The notes beneath the pieces are model-generated. The model did not search any database. It was not told where the DNA came from and worked only from the letters and a program-made list of their open reading frames with translations. 64,000 nucleotides of DNA from an uncultured beta proteobacterium (GTDB lineage Bacteria; Pseudomonadota; Gammaproteobacteria; Burkholderiales; Gallionellaceae): NCBI GenBank assembly GCA_963757485.1, contig CAVWTZ010000123.1, positions 2,051-66,050 of the forward strand. The letters are read 5' to 3'. This document shows, one piece after another, positions 31,599 to 41,010 of this stretch. Numbering within the stretch: the first letter of the stretch is position 1; each line of letters begins with the position of its first letter. The position numbers were made by a program, and so were the translations under genes.

Positions 31599-32081
31599 GT
31601 GACTATGGCCATCATGCGCAACAACGAAGAATTTACAAAATCGATTTTATCGAGATATTTCAACCGGTTTGAGTTGCTCATAACGACCGGCATCATTGTC
31701 CTGATCTCGGTCATGATCCTCGCGGCATTCTGGGGGCTGGCGGTGGAGACATACCATCTGGTCCACCACGGCGCATTCGACAAGCTCGATCACGAGGCAT
31801 TTCAGTCCGCCTTCGGAATGATCATGACATTGCTGATCGCGATCGAGTTCAGCTATACAATCATGAATGCATACATGGGAAAGAGCCGCGAGATAATCGT
31901 GAGAAATGTGGTGCTGGTTTCCATCCTGGCGATTGCCAGAGAGTTCATTGTGTTCGAAGTGGAAACCGTCTCGCCCCTGATCCTGTTTGCGCTGGCTGCT
32001 TCGCTTTTGTCGCTCGGTACTGTCTATTGGCTGATGGGCCGCTTACCATTGCCGGACGAGGATAGATTGCCCGGTGAATAG
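31599..32081 (+). CDS. Phosphate-starvation-inducible PsiE family membrane protein
   Basis: 'FGMIMTLLIAIEF', 'VVLVSILAIAREFIV'. Confidence 0.8.
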   Translation: MTMAIMRNNEEFTKSILSRYFNRFELLITTGIIVLISVMILAAFWGLAVETYHLVHHGAFDKLDHEAFQSAFGMIMTLLIAIEFSYTIMNAYMGKSREIIVRNVVLVSILAIAREFIVFEVETVSPLILFALAASLLSLGTVYWLMGRLPLPDEDRLPGE

Positions 32082-32179
32082 CGGTCCTGCGATTCTTTGT
32101 CATTCGGATCGACCAGGGTGCCGGAATGGAAAATGCCGATATCGGCTCGGTTAGCTGTCCGGAATAAGGAACCTTAACG

Positions 32180-32773
32180 ATGCGCCCCATGCCGCCCGGT
32201 GTCCGGATCATCCTCATCACCACGATCGCCTGCTACCTGCTGCAGATGGGTGCCGGTGACGGAATGATAAGCAGTTTTGCGCTGTGGCCGCTGGGCAGCA
32301 ACTTCATGCCCTGGCAACTGGTGACCTATGCCTTCCTGCACGGCGGCATCATGCATATTGCGTTCAACATGTACGGCCTGTGGCTGTTCGGGCGGGAAGT
32401 CGAATATTTGCTGGGGCGCAGGGTGTTCCTTCAGCTCTATTTCGCCAGCGTGGTATCGGCCGGACTGACGCAGTTGCTGGCCACCGGATACAGCGGCGGT
32501 GTCTATCCGACGATAGGTGCATCCGGCGGCGTGTTCGGCGTGCTGCTCGCATACGGCCTGTTCTTTCCGAACCGGATCATCATGCTGCTGATCCCGCCGG
32601 TTCCCATGCCGGCCCGGGTGTTCGTGTTTCTGTACGCGGGTCTGGAACTGATACTTGGTGTGACCGGGACGGAAGCGGGCGTGGCGCATTTCGCGCATCT
32701 TGGCGGAATGATCGGCGGCTATCTGGTGATACGCCACTGGCGCGGGAGGCCAGGCGGGGGGCGCTGGAATTGA
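32180..32773 (+). CDS. Rhomboid family intramembrane serine protease
   Basis: 'WQLVTYAFLHG..HIAFNM', 'GASG', 'AHLGG'. Confidence 0.95.
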   Translation: MRPMPPGVRIILITTIACYLLQMGAGDGMISSFALWPLGSNFMPWQLVTYAFLHGGIMHIAFNMYGLWLFGREVEYLLGRRVFLQLYFASVVSAGLTQLLATGYSGGVYPTIGASGGVFGVLLAYGLFFPNRIIMLLIPPVPMPARVFVFLYAGLELILGVTGTEAGVAHFAHLGGMIGGYLVIRHWRGRPGGGRWN

Positions 32774-32873
32774 TCGGACCCGTTTCCGTGACCATGGCGG
32801 AATCGGGCAGTGTGCAAACCGGGAGCAAGCCAGGATTCGTTGTTAAAAGTTTAATCAAACAGGAGGATAAATC

Positions 32874-33374
32874 ATGTTAAGCAACCCCATCGACATTTCC
32901 AGCCGCGTAAGTCCCGAACTGTCCGGCTTGATCGAGACCCTGATCGACCAACTGGAGTCCGACGAGCCGGTAACGCTGGCCGCGGTCCGCTCGTTCCTCG
33001 TTCATGGCTTGCCGGCCGGGACGGAAGAAGACGAGGAACTGCATCACTTCGACGTTGACGAGTCGGTCATAGACGAACTGGATGAACTGATCGAGCAGTT
33101 CGGAGAGTCGGCTGCCGCGATGGACTTCATCTATGCCTTTGCCAGCGAAGCGCTTACACGGGTGATAGAAGAAGTCATGGATGACGAGAATCGCGAAAAC
33201 CCGCCAACGCTCCGGGATGTTCATGAGGCGATAGCCGGCGGCCTGGGCGGCAGCCTGGTCGGCGACGGGATACTGGAAGAAGACGAGGACGATGTGCTGA
33301 TGCCCGAGATCGAAAACCTGATCGAGCGTTACGGCCCCGATGCGATGGCGGAGGATTTTTTGCGCTACGAGTAA
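32874..33374 (+). CDS. Highly acidic hypothetical protein with an internal duplication
   Basis: RBS AGGAGG; D/E-rich; two similar ~80-aa halves. Confidence 0.8.
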   Translation: MLSNPIDISSRVSPELSGLIETLIDQLESDEPVTLAAVRSFLVHGLPAGTEEDEELHHFDVDESVIDELDELIEQFGESAAAMDFIYAFASEALTRVIEEVMDDENRENPPTLRDVHEAIAGGLGGSLVGDGILEEDEDDVLMPEIENLIERYGPDAMAEDFLRYE

Positions 33375-33406
33375 CAGCGCAAGCAGCTTGCCTGGTCCGG
33401 CATGGT

Positions 33407-33781
33407 TCAATCCGCCGGATGTCTGAGCCTGCGGCTGTCATTCAGGTTGCCGTGTTCTATCCCCTGGTGCAGTTCCGTCATTACCTGCTGGGAAAATCTC
33501 GGAGTGAAATTATCAAGTGCCGACATCGTCAGCTTGGAAACGATCACCGGCTGGATCAGCACGACAGAAGCGATGCCGCAGATTTCCGCGGACAGGCGGA
33601 AGAACCTTTTTGCGTGGTAAAGCCCGCGCAGATGCGCGCGGTATCTGGACAGCTTCCGGTGCAATGCAACCGCTTCGGCAAACACCATGATCACGCCGCC
33701 CACCAACCCGGTCAGGACGGCCATCTTCAGTTCTATCGCACCCATGTGACCTCCCCCGGCATGCCAATGTATTTCATGCAA
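33407..33781 (-). CDS. Hypothetical membrane protein
   Basis: Two hydrophobic segments; likely start at the internal Met (MGAIEL) after GGAGG. Confidence 0.5.
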   Translation of the reverse strand: MHEIHWHAGGGHMGAIELKMAVLTGLVGGVIMVFAEAVALHRKLSRYRAHLRGLYHAKRFFRLSAEICGIASVVLIQPVIVSKLTMSALDNFTPRFSQQVMTELHQGIEHGNLNDSRRLRHPAD

Positions 33782-33788
33782 ATGTACT

Positions 33789-34580
33789 TAAGGAACCGCT
33801 GATCAAGTCCCGCATGACCGCGCATTCGGCTTTGCGGGGTTGCAGGCCTGACACGGCGGTGCGTAGCACTTGGTGCGGGATGGCCTGCCCGCCCTCGCTC
33901 CCGCAACCGGCTGCTGCGCAGTAACGTGTCGCGAGGGCCATGCAAGAAAGGCGAGGAAGCGAATGGTGATTCGCTTCGCAAGGAGCAGCACCCCCGACGC
34001 GGTGCGCGTAAGCGTCCGGTGCGGGAGGGGGTTGCAAGCGGCTGCTCCCGCAATCGGCTGCTGCGCAGTAACGTGTCGCAGCCGCACGCAGCAGACCGCC
34101 CGCAAAGCCAATGCCCTTGAGGGTTGCGACAAAACGGAGCGAAGCGCAGTTTCGAGGTACGGCCAAAACGGGCGCTCGCGATGTTGCGCTCCTTGGCATA
34201 GCGGCCTTGACACGGTGGGGCGCAGCCCTTTGGTGCGGGAAAGGCCGCTGCCCCCACTCTCGCGCCAGACGGCTCTGCCGCACCGTATCGTGGGGGCAAG
34301 AATAACTGCTGCCATGACACGGTGCGCGAAGCGGCCAGTGCGGGAATGGCAGCAGGCGGCTACTCCCGCAAGCGGCTGGCTATGCCAGTAACGTGTTGTA
34401 GCCGCTACCGGCGTCGCGCGCCTTGCGGTAGACATCGGCTCACGGTACGCGCAGCGCCGGTGTGGAGACGATGCTCCCTCGCCGCTCCCGCAATCGGCCG
34501 TTTCACGGTAACGTGTCGCGGCGAGGATCCCGTTTTTGTCAGCAACGCGGTTCATGAAGGACTTGATCAGCGGTTCCTTA
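33789..34580. mobile_element. Non-coding composite palindromic element (MITE-like) with 22-bp terminal inverted repeats and ten internal hairpin modules
   Basis: TAAGGAACCGCTGATCAAGTCC (33789-33810) and its perfect reverse complement (34559-34580); two long arms; repeated GACACG...TGCGGGA cores. Confidence 0.85.
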
Positions 34581-34740
34581 TAATCATCCGCGCTTCCGTC
34601 CTGAATACTACTATGGCAAAACCGAATCCGCATAGCGGCTTGCCGGACAACGGGCAGATCTGCGGTCGAATGTTGTCAGGGCGCTGGCCGGGTGTTTTGG
34701 CGCTGCGGCACCGCAGGGACAGCGGGAGCCGAGTCGGTTA

Positions 34741-34777
34741 GAATGCGCGGTCATGCGGCACTTGATCAAAGGTTCCT
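34741..34777 (-). repeat. Additional inverted copy of the element's left end
   Basis: Reverse complement matches 33791-33827 at 34 of 37 positions. Confidence 0.85.
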
Positions 34778-34846
34778 CAATGTGCGGCCGCGCGCATGAT
34801 CCGCAAGCTCGCCGCGATACTGTCAACCTGCTAACCTAGGCGATCC

Positions 34847-35770
34847 ATGAAGCTCGTTACACCCATGAAGCTCATTGACCCCAGAACAACTTACGTCGTC
34901 AAAAATCCCGTCGCCTTCGCGCTCGGGGTGCTGAAAGCCTTCCAGGTCAACCAGGGCCTGCTGCTGGCCGGCGCGGTCGCCTACTACGCGCTGCTCTCCA
35001 TCGTGCCGCTGCTGATCCTGATGGTGATCGCGCTGTCGCAGGTGATCGACCAGGAAATGCTGCTGGCGACGCTGAACCGGGCGCTGGAGTATGTTGTGCC
35101 TGGCGAAGGCAGGGCGGTGGTGTTGGAGCTAAAGGCGTTCCTCGGCCACCGCGAGGTGATCGGCTGGGTGCTGTTCGTCACGATGCTGTTCTTCAGCTCG
35201 CTCGGTTTCAAGGTGCTGGAGAGTGCGATCTCGGTGATCTTTCTGCACCGGGTGGAGAAGCGCAAGCGGCACATCGTCGTTTCCCTGCTGCTGCCCTTCG
35301 GCTATATCTTTTTCATCGGCGCGGTGCTGTTCGTCGGCACGTTCGTGATTGTCGACCTGTCGGCGATGGGCGGAGAGCATATTGTTATCCTCGGGTATAG
35401 CTGGTCGCTGGGCGGCTTCTCGCGCTGGCTGATCTACGTTGCCGGCGTGCTCGGGGAGATCCTGCTCATTTCCGCGATCTACTATTTCATGCCGGTGGGC
35501 AGGCTGTCGGCGCATCACGCGCTGATCGGCGGCACTGCGGCAGCCCTGCTCTGGGAAATCATCCGCCATGCGCTTGGCTGGTATTTCGGCACGCTGTCGC
35601 AGGTGAGCGTGGTGTACGGCTCGCTCACCACGGCCATCATCGTGCTGCTCAGCATGGAAGTGGCCGCCACGCTGCTGTTGCTGGGCGCGCAGGTCATCGC
35701 GGAATACGAACGCATCGAGATCGGCGCGCCGCCCGACCAGGCGGTGCCGGCATGCAGCGCCGGCGGATGA
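34847..35770 (+). CDS. YihY / BrkB family membrane protein
   Basis: 'LAGAVAYYALLSIVP', 'VVYGSL...LLLLGAQ'. Confidence 0.92.
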   Translation: MKLVTPMKLIDPRTTYVVKNPVAFALGVLKAFQVNQGLLLAGAVAYYALLSIVPLLILMVIALSQVIDQEMLLATLNRALEYVVPGEGRAVVLELKAFLGHREVIGWVLFVTMLFFSSLGFKVLESAISVIFLHRVEKRKRHIVVSLLLPFGYIFFIGAVLFVGTFVIVDLSAMGGEHIVILGYSWSLGGFSRWLIYVAGVLGEILLISAIYYFMPVGRLSAHHALIGGTAAALLWEIIRHALGWYFGTLSQVSVVYGSLTTAIIVLLSMEVAATLLLLGAQVIAEYERIEIGAPPDQAVPACSAGG

Positions 35771-35983
35771 ATCTGCCGCTGCTTAATCTGTTTGCCCCGG
35801 TATTCACGGGGCCGGCCTTCATCCACCGGGGGGCACGCCTGACCAAGCTGCGTCAGGCGTCACAGGGAAGGCATTATCTTATCGGCAGACAGTGCGCGCG
35901 GATGATCGATTACCGGCTTGCTATCGTCCACCGGAAAGCGTTGCGCCCCCCGGCGCGGGCCGCATCATCGGGAAGCAGGGCGA

Positions 35984-36406
35984 TCATTTTCCGTCGAGAA
36001 CGGTTACATGATTGACGAAGGTGAGGCTGGGGAAGGTGCGGTTCAATGCTTTGCTGGTGAAGTTAGCCACGGTTGAGCCGCTGTCAAACTCGATGACATC
36101 CCCCTTTTTTGCACTGACCGTCGAGGCGGCAATCCAGCGGGACTGGCCGTTCTGCGTGACTTCCAGATAGGTGAATTGGGGTATGTTGATGATGCTGACT
36201 ACCGTGCCCTTTTCCGACTGGAAGGCTCCAGGCATCCTGGCGAGCGCATCAGCCTGGCTATTGGGATTGATGGCAGGGTGACCGGCGGGCAAGGTGCCCG
36301 AAGACGGTATCACCGGATCAGGAACGAAGGGTTCTTCAGCGGGCTTTTTGCTGCATGCCGCGAGGGAAAACATGGCCAGCGCTGCGACGATCGCAATATT
36401 TCTCAT
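35984..36406 (-). CDS. Lipoprotein with a putative OB-fold domain
   Basis: Lipobox 'LAAC', 'LPAGHP', 'FTYLEV...WIAA', 'FTSKALNRTF'. Confidence 0.75.
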   Translation of the reverse strand: MRNIAIVAALAMFSLAACSKKPAEEPFVPDPVIPSSGTLPAGHPAINPNSQADALARMPGAFQSEKGTVVSIINIPQFTYLEVTQNGQSRWIAASTVSAKKGDVIEFDSGSTVANFTSKALNRTFPSLTFVNHVTVLDGK

Positions 36407-36757
36407 TTTGCTTCCTTGGATTGTAGTGACGAATGGCCAATACTACTCAAAAAACGGCCCGTCTTGAAAGTTTTTCTTGATGGCATGCGAACGGACCTGC
36501 CCGGGCAGGATTTCAACACGGCGGTTTGTCATTGCTGTCATGCAAGCGATGAACCGTTTGCGGCCGGCATTTGCCGCCGGTATATTTTTCCGTGGTAAAA
36601 AACCGGATGGCCTGATAGATTAGGTGCGGGCATATTTGCAAATACCCTGTCGTGGTGAGGACCGGGAAAGTGTTATGCAATTCTGCCGGGCGGCATTCAA
36701 TACGGGCGTCAGCCATCAGTTACCGGCAAGCCGGAATATAAACGGAATGGGGGATTA

Positions 36758-39193
36758 ATGATCGGGAAGGACGGATTTCATGTGCTATTCAATTTGGCGG
36801 CAGATTCCATGTTTATCCTTGATCCAAATGGTTTCATCAGGGAAATCAACCAGACCGCTCATGCACGACTGGGCTATACCAGGGATGAAATGCTCGGGAA
36901 GCATATCGGGGAATTCATCCTGCCGGAGTTTTCCGACAAGCTGGTCGGCCGGATCGAGAAAGCCCAGAGCCAGGAATTCCTGATTTACGAATCGGCACAG
37001 GTGCACAGGGACGGCACGGTATTGCCGATCGAAGTGTGCAGCAGGGCAATCGTGCTGGAAGGCAAAAAATTGCTGTTCAATATCGTCCGCGACATCGGCG
37101 AGCGCAAGCGGCTGGACACCGCGTTGCGCGAGAGCGAGGCTCGCTTCCGCACGCTTGCTGCGGATGCGCCCGAGGCGATCCTGATCCACGATCTGGACAG
37201 CGATCTGTTCATCGACGCGACATCCAGCGCGGAACGGCTGTTTGCCTGCAGTCGCGAGGAATTGTTGTGCCGCGGCCCGAAACATTTCATTGCGCCCAAC
37301 CAGCCTGCGGATGCACCCGCGGTGGACACGCATGTCCAGCGCGGCGAGCGTGCTCTGGCCGGCGAGCAAGTCAAGTTTGAAAGGCTGGTGCGGAATGCCC
37401 GGGGGCGGGATATTCTTTGCGAGGTCACGCTGGTTCGCCTGCCTTTGGAAAATCGCAGATTGATCCGGGCCAGCTATATCGACATCACCGAGAGGAAGCA
37501 GATCGAGAACGCGCTGCGGGAAAGCGAGGAAAAGTACCGCTCGCTTTTCGAGGAGTCCCTGGACGGGCTGTTTATCAGCAATGCGGACGGAAACTTTGTC
37601 GACGTCAACCAGCAGGTGGTAAGGATGTTCGGTTATGGCTCGAAGGAGGAGGTGCTTGCTGCCGATTTGCGCAAGGACATCTACGCTTACCCCGCAGACA
37701 AGGCAAACATCTTTGCCTTTGTCGATAAAAAGGGCTTCGCGGAACTGGAAGTCATCTGCAAGAAAAGGAACGGTGAAAGGATAACAACGCTCTGCAGTTA
37801 TACTGCCGTGAAGGACAGGGATGGAGCTATCGTCGCATACCGCGGCATGATCCGGGATATCACCGAGAAGAAAAAATCAGAGGAGCTGATTTGGCAGCAG
37901 GCCAACTTCGATACGCTGACCGGGTTGCCCAATCGCAACATGTTCCACGACCGGCTTGGACAGGAAATCAAGAAATCGTATCGCGAATGTCTTCCTTTGG
38001 CCCTGCTGCTGATCGACCTTGATCATTTCAAGCAAGTGAACGACACGCTCGGGCATGCGGTCGGAGACCTGCTGCTGCAGGAAGCCGCCCGGCGCATCCG
38101 CTCCTGTGTGCGCGGATCGGATACGCTGGCCCGTCTGGGCGGGGACGAGTTTACTGTCATCCTGTCCGCGATTTCCGAAAGCGGCCATGTCGAGGATGTT
38201 GCGCAAAAGATTGTCGGCAGGCTGGCCGAGCCGTTCCGGCTGGGCAGCGATGAGGTCTATGTATCGGCCAGCATCGGCATCACCATTTATCCAAGCGATG
38301 CCGACGACATCGATTCGCTGGTCAAGAATGCGGATCAGGCGATGTATGTGGCCAAGAGCAAGGGCCGCAACCGTTTCAGTTATTTCACCCGGTCACTGCA
38401 GATAGAAGCGCAGAACCGCTTGCATATGATCAACGACTTGCGGGGCGCGCTAGACGCCGGGCAATTCAGTGTTCATTTTCAACCGATCATCGAGTTGTCG
38501 ACCGGACAGATCCACAAAGTCGAAGCGCTTATCCGCTGGCAGCATCCGGAGCGGGGCATGGTCGGCCCGGTTGAATTCATCGCGCTGGCCGAAGAAGCCG
38601 GACTCATCAACGAGATCGGCGACTGGGTATTCAGGGAGTCGGCCCGATGGGCGGGCTTATGGAGCAAACGCTACCAGGACGATTTTCAGATCAGCGTGAA
38701 CATATCGCCCATACAGTTTCAGTATGGCGGGAAAATGTTCGATGAATGGATCGCATATCTGGCCGATCTTGGTCTTTCCGGAAAGAACATAGTGGTCGAG
38801 ATCACGGAAGGACTGTTGCTGAAAGCGGAGTCGGAAGTTACCGACAGCTTTTTCAAGTTTCGCGACGCGGGAATACAGGTTGCGATCGACGATTTCGGTA
38901 CCGGCTATTCATCGCTTTCCTACCTGAAAAAGTTTGATATTGATTACCTGAAAATAGACCAGTCTTTCGTGAAAAACCTTGAATCCGACGCCAATAACAT
39001 GGCCTTGTCGCAGGCGATCATCGTGATGGCGCACAAGCTGGGACTCAAAGTCATTGCGGAAGGGGTGGAAACGAAGGGGCAACGTTTCCTGCTGGCAGTC
39101 GCCGGTTGCGACTATGCGCAGGGCAATCTGTTTTCCAAACCCCTGCCGCCGGAGGAGTTTCAACTGTTGCTGGACCACAACGCAAAAACATAG
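36758..39193 (+). CDS. PAS x3-GGDEF-EAL c-di-GMP enzyme
   Basis: Three PAS repeats, 'RLGGDEF', 'EALIRW', 'DDFGTGYSSL', 'EGVE'. Confidence 0.96.
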   Translation: MIGKDGFHVLFNLAADSMFILDPNGFIREINQTAHARLGYTRDEMLGKHIGEFILPEFSDKLVGRIEKAQSQEFLIYESAQVHRDGTVLPIEVCSRAIVLEGKKLLFNIVRDIGERKRLDTALRESEARFRTLAADAPEAILIHDLDSDLFIDATSSAERLFACSREELLCRGPKHFIAPNQPADAPAVDTHVQRGERALAGEQVKFERLVRNARGRDILCEVTLVRLPLENRRLIRASYIDITERKQIENALRESEEKYRSLFEESLDGLFISNADGNFVDVNQQVVRMFGYGSKEEVLAADLRKDIYAYPADKANIFAFVDKKGFAELEVICKKRNGERITTLCSYTAVKDRDGAIVAYRGMIRDITEKKKSEELIWQQANFDTLTGLPNRNMFHDRLGQEIKKSYRECLPLALLLIDLDHFKQVNDTLGHAVGDLLLQEAARRIRSCVRGSDTLARLGGDEFTVILSAISESGHVEDVAQKIVGRLAEPFRLGSDEVYVSASIGITIYPSDADDIDSLVKNADQAMYVAKSKGRNRFSYFTRSLQIEAQNRLHMINDLRGALDAGQFSVHFQPIIELSTGQIHKVEALIRWQHPERGMVGPVEFIALAEEAGLINEIGDWVFRESARWAGLWSKRYQDDFQISVNISPIQFQYGGKMFDEWIAYLADLGLSGKNIVVEITEGLLLKAESEVTDSFFKFRDAGIQVAIDDFGTGYSSLSYLKKFDIDYLKIDQSFVKNLESDANNMALSQAIIVMAHKLGLKVIAEGVETKGQRFLLAVAGCDYAQGNLFSKPLPPEEFQLLLDHNAKT

Positions 39194-39263
39194 CAGTTCA
39201 TGCCGCTGCCGCGGCGGGGCCGGCGATCCTGATGACGCGATTGAATGCAGCCCGGACGGTGTC

Positions 39264-40733
39264 TCATCGGAACACACCCCGCTTGCGCGCTTCGATGCGC
39301 TTCACGAACACACCCATCACTTCGCGGTAGAGCGCGTCCTTGAGCACGCTGTCCTCGTTGCCGGCATCCACATTGGGGTTGTCGTTGATCTCGATCACAT
39401 AGAGGCGCTTGCCGATCTGCTTGATGTCCACACCGTAGAATCCGTCCCCGATCAGCCCGGCCGCCCTCAGTGCGATCTTCACGACGCGGTCCGGCGCTGC
39501 GCCGACGGACAATGCTTCGGTTTTCCCCTCGACGAAGTCATGCCTGTCATCGCCGTGGCGGATGATCTGCCAGTGGCCGGGAACCATGTGGTATTTCGCG
39601 ACAAACAGCGCACGCTTGTCGAGGATGCCGACGCGCCAGTCGAATTCGGTAGGCAGATATTCCTGGGCGACGATCAGTTCCGATTTGTCGAGCAGGCCGT
39701 TCACCTTGGCTTGCAGCTCTTCCGCGGTTTCCACTTTCACGACGCCCAGCGAGAACGAGCTGTCCGGCTGCTTGAGCACGCACGGAAGACCGAGCGTGGC
39801 GGCGATCTGCTTCACATTGTCGCGGTGCACCAGCAAAGTCTTGGGGGCGGGGATGCGGTGGCGCGCGAGAATCTCGGCCAGATAGACCTTGTTGTTGCAT
39901 TTCAGGATAGAGTCCGGATCATCGATCACGACCAGTCCTTCGGCGGCCGCGCGCCGCGAGAAGCGGTAGGTGTAGTGGTTGACGAAGGTGGTGTCGCGGA
40001 TGAACAGCGCGTCGAATTCGGCGAGCCGCCCGTAGTCTGCCCTGGTGATAAATTCCACATGCATGCCCAGCGCGTGCGCGGCCTTGTCGAATTTGTGCAG
40101 CGCTTTCGCATTGGACGCCGGCTCCGGATTGTCCGGGTCATGCAGGATCGCGAGGTTGTAGCGGGGGGCAAGTTTCCGGCTCCGCCGCCTGCGGCCCATG
40201 AAATATTCCGTGGTGGCCCGGACCGCGAATTCCTGCTGCTGGGGCGGGATGTCGCTGGCGGCAATAGTCCGCACATTGCGGATGCGCCAGTGCTTCTTGA
40301 TGCGCTCGAAACTGGCACGCAGCAGGGGCGCGTGAAGCAGGCTGAACAGCTGGCGGCTGAGCTGCTCATGGCGGCTCGCCGCGCTGTGCCCGAAGTAGAT
40401 GTCGAGCTCGAAGCTATCCGACTTTATCGGTGTCAGCGATTTTTGGATCAGCTCGTCGAGACCTTCGGTCAGCAGCTTCACCATGTTCTGCGATTGCAGG
40501 TCCTCGATCGTGCTCGCGCGCGGCAGCGGCTTGTGGCCGCGCGCCTCGGCGAGCAGCGAAACGTAATAGCCCAGCGTCTGGTAGCGGTAGCTCTTGCACA
40601 GGTTGTACACCCGCGCAATGCTGTCGCTGCCGTAGGCCGGATCGGTCAGGTAGGCGCGCGCGGGCACGACAGTCACGCCCGGAACTGAAAGCGGCCAGTC
40701 GCGCGGATTGTTGACGACCACGAGGTTGCTCAT
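39264..40733 (-). CDS. RimK-family ATP-grasp ligase with N-terminal RLAN domain
   Basis: 'NLCKSYRYQTLGYYVSLLAEARGH', 'LFIRDTT', 'KQPDSSFS', 'EINDNP'. Confidence 0.9.
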   Translation of the reverse strand: MSNLVVVNNPRDWPLSVPGVTVVPARAYLTDPAYGSDSIARVYNLCKSYRYQTLGYYVSLLAEARGHKPLPRASTIEDLQSQNMVKLLTEGLDELIQKSLTPIKSDSFELDIYFGHSAASRHEQLSRQLFSLLHAPLLRASFERIKKHWRIRNVRTIAASDIPPQQQEFAVRATTEYFMGRRRRSRKLAPRYNLAILHDPDNPEPASNAKALHKFDKAAHALGMHVEFITRADYGRLAEFDALFIRDTTFVNHYTYRFSRRAAAEGLVVIDDPDSILKCNNKVYLAEILARHRIPAPKTLLVHRDNVKQIAATLGLPCVLKQPDSSFSLGVVKVETAEELQAKVNGLLDKSELIVAQEYLPTEFDWRVGILDKRALFVAKYHMVPGHWQIIRHGDDRHDFVEGKTEALSVGAAPDRVVKIALRAAGLIGDGFYGVDIKQIGKRLYVIEINDNPNVDAGNEDSVLKDALYREVMGVFVKRIEARKRGVFR

Positions 40734-40816
40734 GTTGCTTCCTTTTTTCGGAGATCAATGGCGAGATTTCTCACGGCGCAGACGCAGCTTTTCACGCACC
40801 AGTTCGGCGGCGACAA

Positions 40817-41008
40817 TCACGGCAAATCTTCCGGCATCAATCCATGGTGCAACGCCCATGCTTTGGCGCGGGCGATGGCGATGCGGATGGCGCTGCCCTC
40901 ATCGTGTCCTTCGGCCAGCAGCGCATTGGCGATCGCTATTGCCTTGGCGCGCACCGGCGGCGGCAGATGCTGCATGGCCGGCGGGTAGTATTCAAAATCC
41001 CATGGCAT
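40817..41008 (-). CDS. Small DUF2188/YdaT-like protein
   Basis: 'MPW...YPPAM..L...VRAKAIAIANALL.EG..EG.AI.IAI..AK.W'. Confidence 0.8.
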   Translation of the reverse strand: MPWDFEYYPPAMQHLPPPVRAKAIAIANALLAEGHDEGSAIRIAIARAKAWALHHGLMPEDLP

Positions 41009-41010
41009 GG

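Noticed and set aside
33842-34526. CRISPR array
   Set aside because: Units alternate orientation, are degenerate, have irregular spacing, and no cas genes are present.
33733-34741. Long ORFs across the structured element
   Set aside because: They occur in several frames on both strands with no recognisable domain, as expected for GC-rich palindromic DNA.
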